From the IMG/VR virus record IMGVR_UViG_3300044641_003190, positions 1 through 64,000 of that record: a stretch of DNA of 64,000 bases. The stretch is one strand, 5' to 3'. The notes under the pieces are model-generated. The model was given only the letters and a program-made list of their open reading frames with translations, ran no database searches and was not told the DNA's origin. Within the stretch, counting starts at the first letter, position 1, and every line of letters begins with the position of its first letter. Positions 44,701-55,145 of this stretch are shown in pieces. A program made the position numbers and the translations under genes. The stretch comes from a virus.

Positions 44701-47026
44701 GGCTGGGTCAGCTGCTGGAGGAAGATTCGGAAGATTCCGTGGAATGGGAATGTCTATGGGAATGATGGGTCTTGGAATTGCGTCTACAGCTATACCACAA
44801 ACTGGAACTGCTGGAAATATTGCAGGTGGAGCATTAATGGGAGCATCAATGGGCATGATGTTCGGACCACAAGGTGCGGCAATTGGAGCAGCTCTAGGAG
44901 CGATAGTACCAGCAGCAAAAGCCTTGTATACACAATTTGATAGATTAAGAGATATTGTTGCACTTAATGTAAGACAATATCAAATAGATCAAGAGTTTGC
45001 AAAAGCAGCTGGACTAAACCTAAAAACAATTGGTGACATTCAATTACAACAAATAGTTGGAAAATCTGCAGAAGCAGCAAGCCAACTAGAGGTACTTGCA
45101 CAAGCAGCACTAAGCGCTTCAACAAACTTATCTACTGGCGCACTTAGAGAAAAAACAAGAGGGGCACAAGATTTTGCAGAAGTTTCTGCAGAGTTCCAGA
45201 GCCAGTACCTAACCTACCTCGCTGCTGGTGCAGCACCAGAAGTAGCGAAAACAATGATGGCTGCTATATTAAAAGCTGCTGGTAAAGAAGGATTTGCTAC
45301 AGACTTAAATATGATGCTAAATAATCTTCAAACTGCTACACAGCAGTCTGCTCCAGGATTAATGCTTTCTAGATTACCACAACCAGCTCCAGTACCAACA
45401 GTTGTACCAAACACTGGCAGATATAATACTTCAGCAGCAGCGGCTAATCTTCAAAGACAAAATGATTTAATATTTAGACAACAGGCAGAAATAGTAAATA
45501 ATATTTTGGCTAACTCAGACTTAGCCACATTTGCACAACAAATGGCGGAACTAGGAAGAAGCGGAAAGCTTGCATCACAGTCATTAGGACTAGTCGCAGA
45601 TTCTATATCTGGTCTTAGTACTCCAGAAAGAACTGTTTATGACGGACTTATAAGAAATGGCGTAAACGCAGCAGACGTGGCACTTGCACTAAAGATGAGA
45701 ATAGAAGGACTCATACCAAGCCTACAGTCTGTAAAAGACTTTGATGGAATGAAAATAAGAGCAACATTTGAATTGCTTACAGCTCAAAAACAACTAGAGG
45801 ATGCTAAAAAGAACCTAGAGTCTTCATTACAAGGTATGTTCTCTGGAGGTAATGCTTCAGGAAATAATGATGCGGCAAAGAAAGCTCTACAGGCCCAGAT
45901 AGACGCACTTGATGAGATTGAGCGTAAAGAAAAAAATATAAATAAGATAAAAGAACTTAGAATAAAGTATGAGGAAAAGTTAAGAAATCTTTCAGTAGAC
46001 TACTTATCAGCATTAAGCTCTGGAGATTTAGAAGGAGCATTAAGAGCTCAGTTATCAGTACAACAACAACAAGCTGAATATGCTTCTGAAAACGCACAAC
46101 TACAAAAAGAAATAGCTCGTGAAGATAAAAAGAAAGCTCTTCAAGATAGGCTAAAATCTTTAGATAATGCGCCTGCTGGAGTAAATAATACAAACGCTAA
46201 GTTTAAACAAATGCAGTCTAATATAGATGAAGCAATTAAAAAAATTGTTGCTGGATTTAAAAATGGTGGAGAAATAGGAAAGACCCTAGAAGGATTTACT
46301 ACTAGTGACTCATTTAAGAATTTTGAAAAACAATTTAAGGGTGTACTAAGTCCCAAAGCTTTTGAAGATGCAGTATCAGTATTAAAGGGAGCACTTGGCG
46401 AGGCAAAGGGATTGCTAGATCTTTCAGCATCTGGCCTAAGTGGACAAACTGGGGCTACTAGGTCAACAGCTAGAGATGTTTCAAATATTTTAGGTTTCCA
46501 AAAGAATCCAAACGAGGTAAGAAAATTAACTAACGCAGAAGAACAAGAAATTATATCTAAAGGCGGATTAGTTTCTAATGAAATGATAAAGGCATTTGGT
46601 TATATATATAGATATGACTTAGAGAAAAAAGATCTTATTAATACTGGCGCAATTCAAAAGAAATTTTCTGGAGGAAAAATTCGTGGTTATGCTGGAGGTG
46701 GTTACATTACTGGATTTGGAAGCTCAGTAGCAGACAACATACCGCTATTTGCATCTAATAAAGAATTTATGATGAGTGCTAAGGCTGTTAGTAATTATGG
46801 AGTTCCATTTATGGAAAGCATTAACAGATTGCAATATAACCCAGGGGCTCCTAAGAGAAACGACATGTCCCAGTCTAATTTTGGATCATCATCAGTTAGC
46901 GTTTATGTAAATAAAATTGATATCATAGAGCCAGGTGCGGATGCTGATACAATTATTGCTACAATGGAAAAGAAGCTATTTGCATCTGTTGGCAGATCAA
47001 AGGAACCGAGGTATCTTTCAATATGA
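41708..47026 (+). CDS. Tape measure protein
   Basis: 1772 aa, Ala-rich helical, TP901-type core, hydrophobic segments, C-terminal YAGGG...EF motif. Confidence 0.92.
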   Translation: MAQAVVINFNANANFSDLISEIRKANAEIGTLQAQLNGLGSGAFVSIDNLNKQFIQGMRNSRLWSSSFVDVTNQTREFGKHLDQGRLKLRDYYREFTTQARGQRGLIRRLAEDQVKLQKSVLTTSIGPSGDTRSILSTPTGLDKFDPAVMKSLRSEQFKIIGKSIQGASTELINLGKNTQWAGRQLTVGLTVPLTMFAGSAANAFKEVDKQLTRLAKVYGDVGGATASEIQNIKNQTTDLAKTLARDLGASVQETIGLAADIAATGATGEDLIKSVAETTRLAVLGEVDRQEAMAATLSLQNAFNLNTKELAESINFLNAVENQTSTSLNDLVIAIPKAGPVVRQLGGDVKDLALFLTAMREGGINASESANALKSGLASIINPAQKTTEVLNSFGVNIEGIVNANAGDLVKTVVALKDELNNLDPLARARAIEQLFGKFQFARMSALFDNLGKAGSQTLQVIELMGSSTAELAQIADRELSILTESASGRFQRQIETFKANLAGVGEGFLQVFSTVLGAVNKLLDGFNNLPDGVKNVLTIVGALVGLVGPLIMLSGVFLNFFGFLLKSVGVLGRLFTGTPKFQLLTEEIMATSLSSEKMSNSFYDQALAAETARKNIDNLINSLKNLNAAQGTAMSGAAQRAAGAFIPKPMFQSGAGVMPAGIEYSHGVSKSARAQLASQLGLTAQETQLLGGSGLSGLSSLTRPMSAGSPEAQLQQNFAERMPNFIVPVGTTAEQMRARLEPLATTERSKESLMRIGPDITKAFQTSEDYAQTQAIHVANLKAISQAYSKSAKDGAALANSMKTAWQQTFSDTGDEVAAARAAAEVAKAELGSGYSALVRKTSREISAAFSSGGADAAIIAGAKAELAAMRGGLLSGGAAKTTVERISRMSLAIAQGGVMNEIAVYQKRVTASTKEFGRVAVQLLGDTAIAFTAAGRELTAQEMSDDAKVSAAIAQLKAAKIKADRAVVQDIQEKATALQVVANTAATGGASEITMAGSAAGGRFGRFRGMGMSMGMMGLGIASTAIPQTGTAGNIAGGALMGASMGMMFGPQGAAIGAALGAIVPAAKALYTQFDRLRDIVALNVRQYQIDQEFAKAAGLNLKTIGDIQLQQIVGKSAEAASQLEVLAQAALSASTNLSTGALREKTRGAQDFAEVSAEFQSQYLTYLAAGAAPEVAKTMMAAILKAAGKEGFATDLNMMLNNLQTATQQSAPGLMLSRLPQPAPVPTVVPNTGRYNTSAAAANLQRQNDLIFRQQAEIVNNILANSDLATFAQQMAELGRSGKLASQSLGLVADSISGLSTPERTVYDGLIRNGVNAADVALALKMRIEGLIPSLQSVKDFDGMKIRATFELLTAQKQLEDAKKNLESSLQGMFSGGNASGNNDAAKKALQAQIDALDEIERKEKNINKIKELRIKYEEKLRNLSVDYLSALSSGDLEGALRAQLSVQQQQAEYASENAQLQKEIAREDKKKALQDRLKSLDNAPAGVNNTNAKFKQMQSNIDEAIKKIVAGFKNGGEIGKTLEGFTTSDSFKNFEKQFKGVLSPKAFEDAVSVLKGALGEAKGLLDLSASGLSGQTGATRSTARDVSNILGFQKNPNEVRKLTNAEEQEIISKGGLVSNEMIKAFGYIYRYDLEKKDLINTGAIQKKFSGGKIRGYAGGGYITGFGSSVADNIPLFASNKEFMMSAKAVSNYGVPFMESINRLQYNPGAPKRNDMSQSNFGSSSVSVYVNKIDIIEPGADADTIIATMEKKLFASVGRSKEPRYLSI

Positions 47027-47481
47027 CATGGTTAGTCAGCGGTCTTAAAGACTCATTAATTTATTTTAAATCTTCTGCATCTGGTGCAACATACCAAAAA
47101 ATCACAGATCACAACAGAAGACCTTTAGGTATAGATATTGAAAAAATAGAAAACTCATTAAGAACAGCAAATGGAACAATGAGAAGATCGACCATAGCCG
47201 AAAAGCACAGATTCGACATATCTTGGCAAGATGTTCCTAATATTTCGCAATACACCGTAGATGGTGGATTTGGCGGAGGAGAAATATATGATTTCTATAT
47301 GGATAATCAACAGCCATTCTACATGAAGATAACACAAAAAATTGACTCAGATGCCTCATTATCATATCAGGAGTTCCTAGTAAACTTTTCATCCTGCTCG
47401 TTTGAAATTGTAAAACGTAATCCATCTGGGACATATCCATATATAAGGATGAATGTAAACATATCTTTAGAGGAGGTTTAA
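47023..47481 (+). CDS. Distal tail-like protein
   Basis: After TMP; RTANGTMRR, ends ISLEEV. Confidence 0.65.
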   Translation: MTWLVSGLKDSLIYFKSSASGATYQKITDHNRRPLGIDIEKIENSLRTANGTMRRSTIAEKHRFDISWQDVPNISQYTVDGGFGGGEIYDFYMDNQQPFYMKITQKIDSDASLSYQEFLVNFSSCSFEIVKRNPSGTYPYIRMNVNISLEEV

Positions 47482-50400
47482 TGTTAAGCTTTCCTTCAGT
47501 CAAAACAGCAGTAGACTCTCAATATACATTAAGGCCAAGTCAAAAAATATGGCTAGAGTGGAACTATAACATCCATGCTGGAATTAATGAGATGGGTATA
47601 GACGATATTGCACTTTATCAGTATGACAATACAATATCAGATCTTAAGTTAATTGAAACCTCAACAGTATATAACAAGTACTACGAGTCATTGTACCCAC
47701 TTACATCAGTGTCTAATTTTATTAGGCCAGGAGAGTATGCTCTTCATAACAACCAAAAGGTAGGCGGTATAGTAAAGTCTATATTTGGAAACTCTGTAAG
47801 CGGACTATCTAATTATGACCTAACCTCAGCTACAAGAAATTATTTTGTGTCTAAAGATGATGGATATAAGTACTGGGCGTTTATAAGAAAAAATCAATCT
47901 AGCACAGCAGTAAATAAGTCTATTTATTTAAACTATGATAGAACTGTAAAGGTAAATAAACTTGTTGTTAAATTTGAAACATCTCATACGGTACCAAACA
48001 GCTACACTGTATTTGTAAGACGGTCTGGAGCCTGGGTTCAGGCATACACATCATCTACCCCATTAACAAATGGTGGGCTAGTTTTATATTACAATGGTAG
48101 TGCATGGAATACTACAAGGCATACGTCGCCATCAGTTACAACAAATACACAAGAAATATCTGGAATCAAGGTGCTTGTATCTACTGTAAATGTTGGTTAT
48201 TCACCTTTAGAAATAATCGAAGTTTCTGGAAGGCTAGAGGCAGACGTTAGCGCAGAAACAGTATCTTGGACAATCGATAAGACGTACTTTGAAGACCATG
48301 AAGTTCTTCCAGTTGGAGAGATAAGCTCTAATAGCGCAAGTATTAATTTTGACAATACCTCAAATATATATAGTTATGAAAACACATCAGCCAAGTATGC
48401 TGGACTTGTAGATAAAAGAATAGGCGTAAAGATATTTACGATTATTGATTCAAATGAGGTGCCTCAGTTTACGGGATTTACTGATGCCTGGAGTTTATCT
48501 GCAAATGATACGGCAACAGTAAGTTGCTATGACATGGCAAAAATATTACAACAGACTCAGGCTCCAGATATGGTAATAGGAAGCAACCTGCCAATATCTC
48601 GTGTTATAAGAACAATATTCGATTCTGCTGGATTAAATGAAGTACAAATAGATACAATTGGATCCTCATCACAGGTTGTAGATATATTCTGGATGTCAAA
48701 GGAGCAAACTATATGGCAAGCTCTTCAGCAACTTTGTATGTCTAACCAATGTTCAATTTTTGTAGACGAGTACGGTAAATTTATTTTCAAGTCAAGGTCT
48801 ACTGTTTTAGACTCTTCTACAGTAGAACAGATTTTAACTTATAACAATAGCGGAAGCACCCTGTCAAATATAGTAAGCATAGACCAATCATCAAAACCAA
48901 GAATCGGAAACTTAGTCGTAAAGTACTCACGAAGATCGTATGAAACTCAAAGCGACGTTCTTACAACTTACCAAAGTATTGCAAATAATCCAAAAGAACA
49001 GTTGGTTAGCTTTAGAGGCTCCTCATATGCAACATCTATTTGGGATCCAGGAGAAGCATGGGTACTTGGAGCGGCACCACTTGTATATCCAATTACACAA
49101 TCTGAAGTAACATCTATACAAACACAGGCTCCAGAAATGCAACAAGTTGTTCAAAAAAATGGGGAGGTTGTCTGGAAGGTAGTTTCTGGACTTACAGCAT
49201 TCTCTGGGTATTTTTATTTAAATGGAGAGATTATCTATTATGATGCTATAAGGCACAGAGTACTTTATAAAGATGGAAGGGCTCCAGAAAATATAGAGAT
49301 ATCTTCAAGACAGCAGTTTGAGTCATTAATTCAATCTGACCCAGGAGTCAAAACCATAACTAATACTGGAATTCTTACTGGAATAAAAAGAGCACAGTTT
49401 TCAACAACACAAATAGCGCACACACCAGTCTCTACAGATAATGGTCTATGGTCTAGAAAGCAATTTAAAATTGGTACAACCACGCAAAGTAACCTTACGG
49501 CACCTGCATTTAGTCTTCAACAAAGAGCATTAAAACTATCAACAGATAACGATTCTGGTGCGAGCAAGATTTCTTCTTTATCGAATTCAGAAAGAAGAAA
49601 GTATATTCAGCTTGGCTTAGTAGATTTAAAAAAGTCAAACTATAAAAGATTTGAGTGCACCATGAGGATAGTAAATAAGCAGCCTGGCGAAGAAGTCGGA
49701 GACGTAGATAGCCTAGGTGGAATATTCTTTGACTATAATCCAGCAAATAATTCTGGATACTTTATAGAGCTTGGACTAGACTACACAACAGCAACATATA
49801 AAACAGCCAATGCCAATAAGTCTGTTAATATATATAAGATTAATTCTAGTGGAAATATTTCTGAAATAAAAAGCGTAGGAAGCCTTACTGGTAGAGCAAA
49901 AACAGACAGCCCAGAAACTGTTTTTAAAGATACTGTTTCATTTGAAACGGTACAAGATTACGACATACAAGTATTGCGTGTAGATAGAAATGGTAAAAGA
50001 TGTATCGATGTATATATAATGGGTCAATTAATTGTTCAGGTAGAAGACTCTACACCACTATCTCCAACAAATAAATCTGGTGTATTTGTACGTGGAGACT
50101 CAACAGCATTCTTTACAAAGTTTGCTGCATGGGGAGCAAACAATGAATCAACCCTACAAGACGGAAGCTTCTTTGCAGATTCAATTAGAGGGTTTATGAC
50201 GGAAGTTGTTGCAGCGGGAAATCTAGGAGTAGCAAGTAAGCTTAGCCTTGAAAAAGATTATGACTATTATGAGTTTTATCCACACATGAGGGAAATACGT
50301 GTTGCTGAATTTGACTACACAAAGTTCCCAGCATCTCCACTAAAGATATCTGCAGGACCAGCAATAACATTATATGGAGCAACAATTTTAGAATCTAATT

Positions 50401-50861
50401 CATTTAGAGCAAAAATTGCTGTGGTCAATGAAACTAACTCTCCAGTAGATTTATCTAGTACATTCCCTGGAACAACAACAGCAGTATATCCAAAACTATT
50501 AGGGTATGCATTAAAAAAGTTTGAGCCTAGAGAATATAAAACAACAATATCTAAGGCAAAATCAGATGACGCAAAATTTGAAATAGACAGCGAATGGATT
50601 CAATCTGAGGGCCAAGCCAAGGATATAGCAGAATTTATTAAGTTAAACTCCGTAACCTTGAAAAATGGCAAATTAAATGATATCATAATACTAGACGTTG
50701 AAATTTTTGCTAACCCATTAATTCAACTAGGTGATACGGTAGACGTCATACACCCAGACCTGGGGCTATCCGCAACAACCCATACCTTTGTTGTTACGAG
50801 AATAAGTCAAGAGTTCAATGGTGGTATTTCAACTAGTGTCAGATTACAGGAGATACCATGA
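47481..50861 (+). CDS. Large minor tail/hub protein
   Basis: 1126 aa; WQALQQL, FVDEYG.F, IDSEWIQ, NPLIQLGD.V. Confidence 0.75.
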   Translation: MLSFPSVKTAVDSQYTLRPSQKIWLEWNYNIHAGINEMGIDDIALYQYDNTISDLKLIETSTVYNKYYESLYPLTSVSNFIRPGEYALHNNQKVGGIVKSIFGNSVSGLSNYDLTSATRNYFVSKDDGYKYWAFIRKNQSSTAVNKSIYLNYDRTVKVNKLVVKFETSHTVPNSYTVFVRRSGAWVQAYTSSTPLTNGGLVLYYNGSAWNTTRHTSPSVTTNTQEISGIKVLVSTVNVGYSPLEIIEVSGRLEADVSAETVSWTIDKTYFEDHEVLPVGEISSNSASINFDNTSNIYSYENTSAKYAGLVDKRIGVKIFTIIDSNEVPQFTGFTDAWSLSANDTATVSCYDMAKILQQTQAPDMVIGSNLPISRVIRTIFDSAGLNEVQIDTIGSSSQVVDIFWMSKEQTIWQALQQLCMSNQCSIFVDEYGKFIFKSRSTVLDSSTVEQILTYNNSGSTLSNIVSIDQSSKPRIGNLVVKYSRRSYETQSDVLTTYQSIANNPKEQLVSFRGSSYATSIWDPGEAWVLGAAPLVYPITQSEVTSIQTQAPEMQQVVQKNGEVVWKVVSGLTAFSGYFYLNGEIIYYDAIRHRVLYKDGRAPENIEISSRQQFESLIQSDPGVKTITNTGILTGIKRAQFSTTQIAHTPVSTDNGLWSRKQFKIGTTTQSNLTAPAFSLQQRALKLSTDNDSGASKISSLSNSERRKYIQLGLVDLKKSNYKRFECTMRIVNKQPGEEVGDVDSLGGIFFDYNPANNSGYFIELGLDYTTATYKTANANKSVNIYKINSSGNISEIKSVGSLTGRAKTDSPETVFKDTVSFETVQDYDIQVLRVDRNGKRCIDVYIMGQLIVQVEDSTPLSPTNKSGVFVRGDSTAFFTKFAAWGANNESTLQDGSFFADSIRGFMTEVVAAGNLGVASKLSLEKDYDYYEFYPHMREIRVAEFDYTKFPASPLKISAGPAITLYGATILESNSFRAKIAVVNETNSPVDLSSTFPGTTTAVYPKLLGYALKKFEPREYKTTISKAKSDDAKFEIDSEWIQSEGQAKDIAEFIKLNSVTLKNGKLNDIIILDVEIFANPLIQLGDTVDVIHPDLGLSATTHTFVVTRISQEFNGGISTSVRLQEIP

Positions 50862-51238
50862 TAAATAAAAAAGTAAACTATTCAAATAGGCAGGTGAAGG
50901 GCGAGGAAGACGTATTCTCACCGTTTGACACAGATGCAGAATTAGTTGGCGGAGTTAACCAGTCTGATCCGTACGGGTATTCTGTTGCATATTCAAAAAA
51001 ACAGCCTATAGATTTAGATGATGGGGTTGGCGACGGAAGCACGGACATATTATCAACAGACGTAAGTACTGATAATGAATTAGGCGAAGAAGAAAAGCTA
51101 GGTACTGTGTCTTCAGTCTCATTTGAACAAACTGGTTCTTTTACTGGGGATGGTACATTTTTGGCAAACGTTACAGTTACATTATCTGGAATTAAGGGGG
51201 CAACAAATTATGAAGTTGAATTTACCAAAATATCTTAG
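50858..51238 (+). CDS. Acidic minor tail-region protein
   Basis: ORF track, ATGA overlap. Confidence 0.65.
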   Translation: MINKKVNYSNRQVKGEEDVFSPFDTDAELVGGVNQSDPYGYSVAYSKKQPIDLDDGVGDGSTDILSTDVSTDNELGEEEKLGTVSSVSFEQTGSFTGDGTFLANVTVTLSGIKGATNYEVEFTKIS

Positions 51239-52166
51239 TGGTGAATACATATTCTATAAAAATGGAATAGAAGTATTTAGGTCAAAAAATATAGTAACCA
51301 CATTGGGCAAAGAGGCAATATTAAAATATTTATCTAGAGAGTCCTATGAATATGCTTCTAGGCTAGTTATTGGATGCGGATCTACTGCAGCATCAGCAAC
51401 AGATGAGTTCCTATCACTAGAGATGTTTGCTACCTCAATCAATTTTAAAACATTAGATTATACAAAAACACCCACTCAGTTAGTTTTTAGATCTACACTG
51501 CCATCAACATTTAATGGTGTTATATATGAATCTGGAATTACAACTGGCGGTGGATCAATATTGTCAGATTTAAATAGCGTGAACGATTACCAAGAGTTAG
51601 TAGCCACATTCGATCCAGATTTTGAAAACTGGTCTATTTCAAGTGGGGTAGCTTTTCATACAAATGATTTAGAGGGCACTCCAAGGCTTAGAGTAGGAAA
51701 ATATGGACTTCAGATAACAGCACCATCATCATCGACAAGACAATCTACACTAGACTCTGTAGTTCCAGTTCTTCCATATATTAGTTCGGATAAGATTAAA
51801 GTTGCACTGCATATATCTGGATCAGTACCAAGCTCTGTTATTGTAAAGCTATCTAACGATGGACTAAACTACTATTCATTAACAATACCATCCACCAACC
51901 TATCCCTTGGCTATAACATTGTTAATTACAATGTTGGTCAACTAATAGCAACTGGATCTCCAGAAATTAGCCAAACACAATCAATATCAGTTATTGTAAA
52001 CTCAAGTGCCTCACAATCAGTTGTTACTATGGATGCAATTAAATTTGATAGCATGTCCGATTTAGAAAAACCAATATTGGTTAGCAGGTCTGTTTTATCA
52101 ACACCTTTAGTTGTTGAAGGCGGATACCCGTTTGATATAGAATATAGGTTGGCGTTTAACATATAA
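51210..52166 (+). CDS. Minor tail/baseplate protein
   Basis: KNIVTTLGK..I..YL, IGCG.TA, IYESG, DIEYRL; start moved to 51210. Confidence 0.65.
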   Translation: MKLNLPKYLSGEYIFYKNGIEVFRSKNIVTTLGKEAILKYLSRESYEYASRLVIGCGSTAASATDEFLSLEMFATSINFKTLDYTKTPTQLVFRSTLPSTFNGVIYESGITTGGGSILSDLNSVNDYQELVATFDPDFENWSISSGVAFHTNDLEGTPRLRVGKYGLQITAPSSSTRQSTLDSVVPVLPYISSDKIKVALHISGSVPSSVIVKLSNDGLNYYSLTIPSTNLSLGYNIVNYNVGQLIATGSPEISQTQSISVIVNSSASQSVVTMDAIKFDSMSDLEKPILVSRSVLSTPLVVEGGYPFDIEYRLAFNI

Positions 52167-54943
52167 TGGAATTTAAAAAAACAATTGCTGGTCTAACCCC
52201 AGGAACATGGGGATTTAGATTTAAATCAATAAATGATAGTGGTTTATCTGGCGATTGGTCTGCGGTATTTACATATACTGTTACTGGAGATTTAACTGCC
52301 CCTCCAGTTCCCTCAAAGCCAAACGTTACATCTGTCATAGGTGGAGTTTCTGTTAAATGGGTAGAAACAGGGTATCAAACACCAATTGATTTTAACAGGG
52401 TTGATGTTTATGTTTCTAGCGGAGGAACTTACACTAAGTTTGGATCAATTGCTTCAATAAATAGCGTAGTTACATACGTTCCACCAGAAGGTATTACTGG
52501 ACCATTTACATTTAAATTTACTGGTGTTGACAGAAGCGGTAACGTATCAGAATTATCAGAAGCTTCAGATAGCGTGTCTTCTGGAACAATAGGAATAGAT
52601 ACGACACCACCATCAGCTCCAAGCGGACTGTCTGTCCTTGCATATAATGATTCATCAGATACATCTGGAGCCACAGGTTATGTAGATGTATCCTGGACTG
52701 GATCAACATCTACAGATTTACTAGGACACTACATTAGATATGGAAGAACATCATCTGTGTGGGACGAGTACTTGTTTATTCAAGCAGGTCAAAATACTAA
52801 AAGAATATTTAATTTAAAATCTGGCACAACATACTATTTTCAGGTTAACGCTACCGACGGAAGTAATCCAAGTTCTTACGTTCCATCTACTCCTATATCA
52901 GTTTTAATTCCTGGAGATACAACAGCCCCATCCGCACCACAAAATTTATCTGCAGTTTCTGGACTAGACTATGTTATTGCTTATTGGGATAGAAATACAG
53001 AAAATGACGTAGATCTTGCAAGGGGTCAATATCAAGTACAGATTTCAACATCAAGTAGCTTTTCATCTGTAGTAGAAGACAGCGTAATAACTGGAACCGT
53101 AGCCACATTCAATGGGCTAACAACTGGAACTTTGTATTATGTTAGAGTTAGGGCTACGGACTCTTCTGGTAATTCTGGCCCATGGTCATCTATAGCATCT
53201 ACAACACCATCAACAATAAATGCTCAGACAGCAATTACATCTGGAACAATTGTAGGAAACTTAATAGCAGCAAACACTATTATCGGAGATAAAATACAAG
53301 CCAACACAGTTGATGTAGATAGATTTAAAACAAATACTGGAATTGCAGGTATCATATATGTTGGTGCAGACGACTCACCAACTGGAACAAACAGAATAGT
53401 ATTAGATGGATCAAGTACACTACCAAAAATATATTATGGAAGCGGAGTGTATAACAATTCTAATACACCATTTTATATAGACGCTGCTGGAAAGTTTAGC
53501 TTAAAGGACCAGCTTACTTGGGATGGATCAGCATTAACAGTAAGAGGATCACTAAATGTAACACAAGCTTCTACAATAACAGCAAATTTAAATATAAACT
53601 CTGGCGGAAGCTTGATAGTAAATGGTGGTGCCATAAGGGTTACTGGAACGGCTGGCCGTGTAGAGATGAGTTCTTTGGGTATAGTTGGATATAATGCTTC
53701 AACTGGAGGATCACCACTTGTAACAATACAAGCAAATACTGGACAGATAGTTGCTACTGGTGGACAAATTGGTGGATTTACACTAGGCCCTACATCTTTA
53801 ACAACAACAAACTCTTCTGGGCAGGCCGTAGGCCTATACAGTACTGGACAGTTTAGTCTTGGATCAAACTTTAATGTTAGTGCTGCGGGAGACCTTACAG
53901 CAACTGGAACATTTACTATTGCTGGAACAGGTCAGGCAGCTATTGCAGCAAATCAAGTTAACTCTAATGTTACATCTATTTCTGGTGGTGTGATATCTAC
54001 TGGAACAATTAATCTTAATAACGTATTGGTTAATAGCGGTACTGGAAATAACACCATTAGATTAAGTAGCTCTGGGTTAGAAATTTGGAACTCTAGTGGA
54101 ACTAGAACAGTAAACTTAACACCTTCAGGTACTGCAACATTTAGTGGAGCTATTAGTGGAGCAACACTTAATGTTACTGGTGAAAATTTTGCAATTAACT
54201 ATAACAACGATGCTGATGGATTAGCCCCACCAGTAAGTACAATTTCAAATGCTTTTGCAAGCACATACATTAGACAAAGTATAAATTGTGTTGGATTTAA
54301 TGCTATAGCATTTACTTCAATAAACACTGCTGGAGTACTAAGTTCTTGGTACCCATATTATGATGCTGACGTAGACTTGGGTGTAAAGTTTAGTCCAACA
54401 GCTGGTGCTGGTCCATTTAGGTGGAGAAACGGAAGATTTACTGGAAGCATAATGATTGGTGGAGACGGCAGTACAGATACACCAAGTACAAGTGGCGTTG
54501 GCCCATATACAAGACTTTATGATAATGGAAGAATATACGCAAACTCTTTAGGCACATCAACTAGAACTCCAGGATCTGGCGTAACAATTGTTCAGGATAC
54601 TAATGGGTTTTTAAGAGTATTCACATCCGCATCTAGCCAAAAATATAAAGAGAATATTGTGACATTTGGTGGTAGTGAAACATACAATATAATTAAAGGA
54701 ATGAGGCCAGTAAAATTTAATTATAAGCCTGAATTTTCTGATTATCCAGAACAGGAGCACCTAGGTCTTATTGCTGAAGAGGTCAATGATTTAGAAGAAG
54801 GTCAAGATTTAGTTTTATATAAGGACGGGGTACCAGATTCTGTAGTTTATGAAAAAATACCCATGTACCTAGTTTCCGCATTTAAAGAAATGGCTAACAA
54901 AATAGATAGCCTCCAGACTAGGCTTGACGCTCTTGAGTCATAA
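52166..54943 (+). CDS. Central tail fibre/spike: FN3 repeats plus C-terminal intramolecular chaperone (peptidase S74)
   Basis: DTTPPSAP and DTTAPSAP FN3 starts; SSQKYKENI, RPVKFNYK, GLIAEEV, terminal coiled coil. Confidence 0.85.
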   Translation: MEFKKTIAGLTPGTWGFRFKSINDSGLSGDWSAVFTYTVTGDLTAPPVPSKPNVTSVIGGVSVKWVETGYQTPIDFNRVDVYVSSGGTYTKFGSIASINSVVTYVPPEGITGPFTFKFTGVDRSGNVSELSEASDSVSSGTIGIDTTPPSAPSGLSVLAYNDSSDTSGATGYVDVSWTGSTSTDLLGHYIRYGRTSSVWDEYLFIQAGQNTKRIFNLKSGTTYYFQVNATDGSNPSSYVPSTPISVLIPGDTTAPSAPQNLSAVSGLDYVIAYWDRNTENDVDLARGQYQVQISTSSSFSSVVEDSVITGTVATFNGLTTGTLYYVRVRATDSSGNSGPWSSIASTTPSTINAQTAITSGTIVGNLIAANTIIGDKIQANTVDVDRFKTNTGIAGIIYVGADDSPTGTNRIVLDGSSTLPKIYYGSGVYNNSNTPFYIDAAGKFSLKDQLTWDGSALTVRGSLNVTQASTITANLNINSGGSLIVNGGAIRVTGTAGRVEMSSLGIVGYNASTGGSPLVTIQANTGQIVATGGQIGGFTLGPTSLTTTNSSGQAVGLYSTGQFSLGSNFNVSAAGDLTATGTFTIAGTGQAAIAANQVNSNVTSISGGVISTGTINLNNVLVNSGTGNNTIRLSSSGLEIWNSSGTRTVNLTPSGTATFSGAISGATLNVTGENFAINYNNDADGLAPPVSTISNAFASTYIRQSINCVGFNAIAFTSINTAGVLSSWYPYYDADVDLGVKFSPTAGAGPFRWRNGRFTGSIMIGGDGSTDTPSTSGVGPYTRLYDNGRIYANSLGTSTRTPGSGVTIVQDTNGFLRVFTSASSQKYKENIVTFGGSETYNIIKGMRPVKFNYKPEFSDYPEQEHLGLIAEEVNDLEEGQDLVLYKDGVPDSVVYEKIPMYLVSAFKEMANKIDSLQTRLDALES

Positions 54944-54980
54944 TGGTAGACTTATTAGAAGTATATACTGAGAGGTAAAA

Positions 54981-55145
54981 ATGGAAAACAACGAACAACA
55001 AAATAAGGCTGAACTAGTAGTATTGGCACTACAACAAAGAATCGGTGAGCTGGTATCAAATTATGAGACTCAAATTGCTATCCTTCGTGCAGAAATTACT
55101 CGAATGGTCAACAAGAGTAATTCTGAAGACAAACCAACAGAATAA
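54981..55145 (+). CDS. 54-aa coiled-coil protein (not in ORF track)
   Basis: MENNEQQNKAELVVLALQQRIGELVSNYETQIAILRAEITRMVNKSNSEDKPTE; GAGGT SD; promoter TTGACG-17-TAGACT at 54924-54952. Confidence 0.75.
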   Translation: MENNEQQNKAELVVLALQQRIGELVSNYETQIAILRAEITRMVNKSNSEDKPTE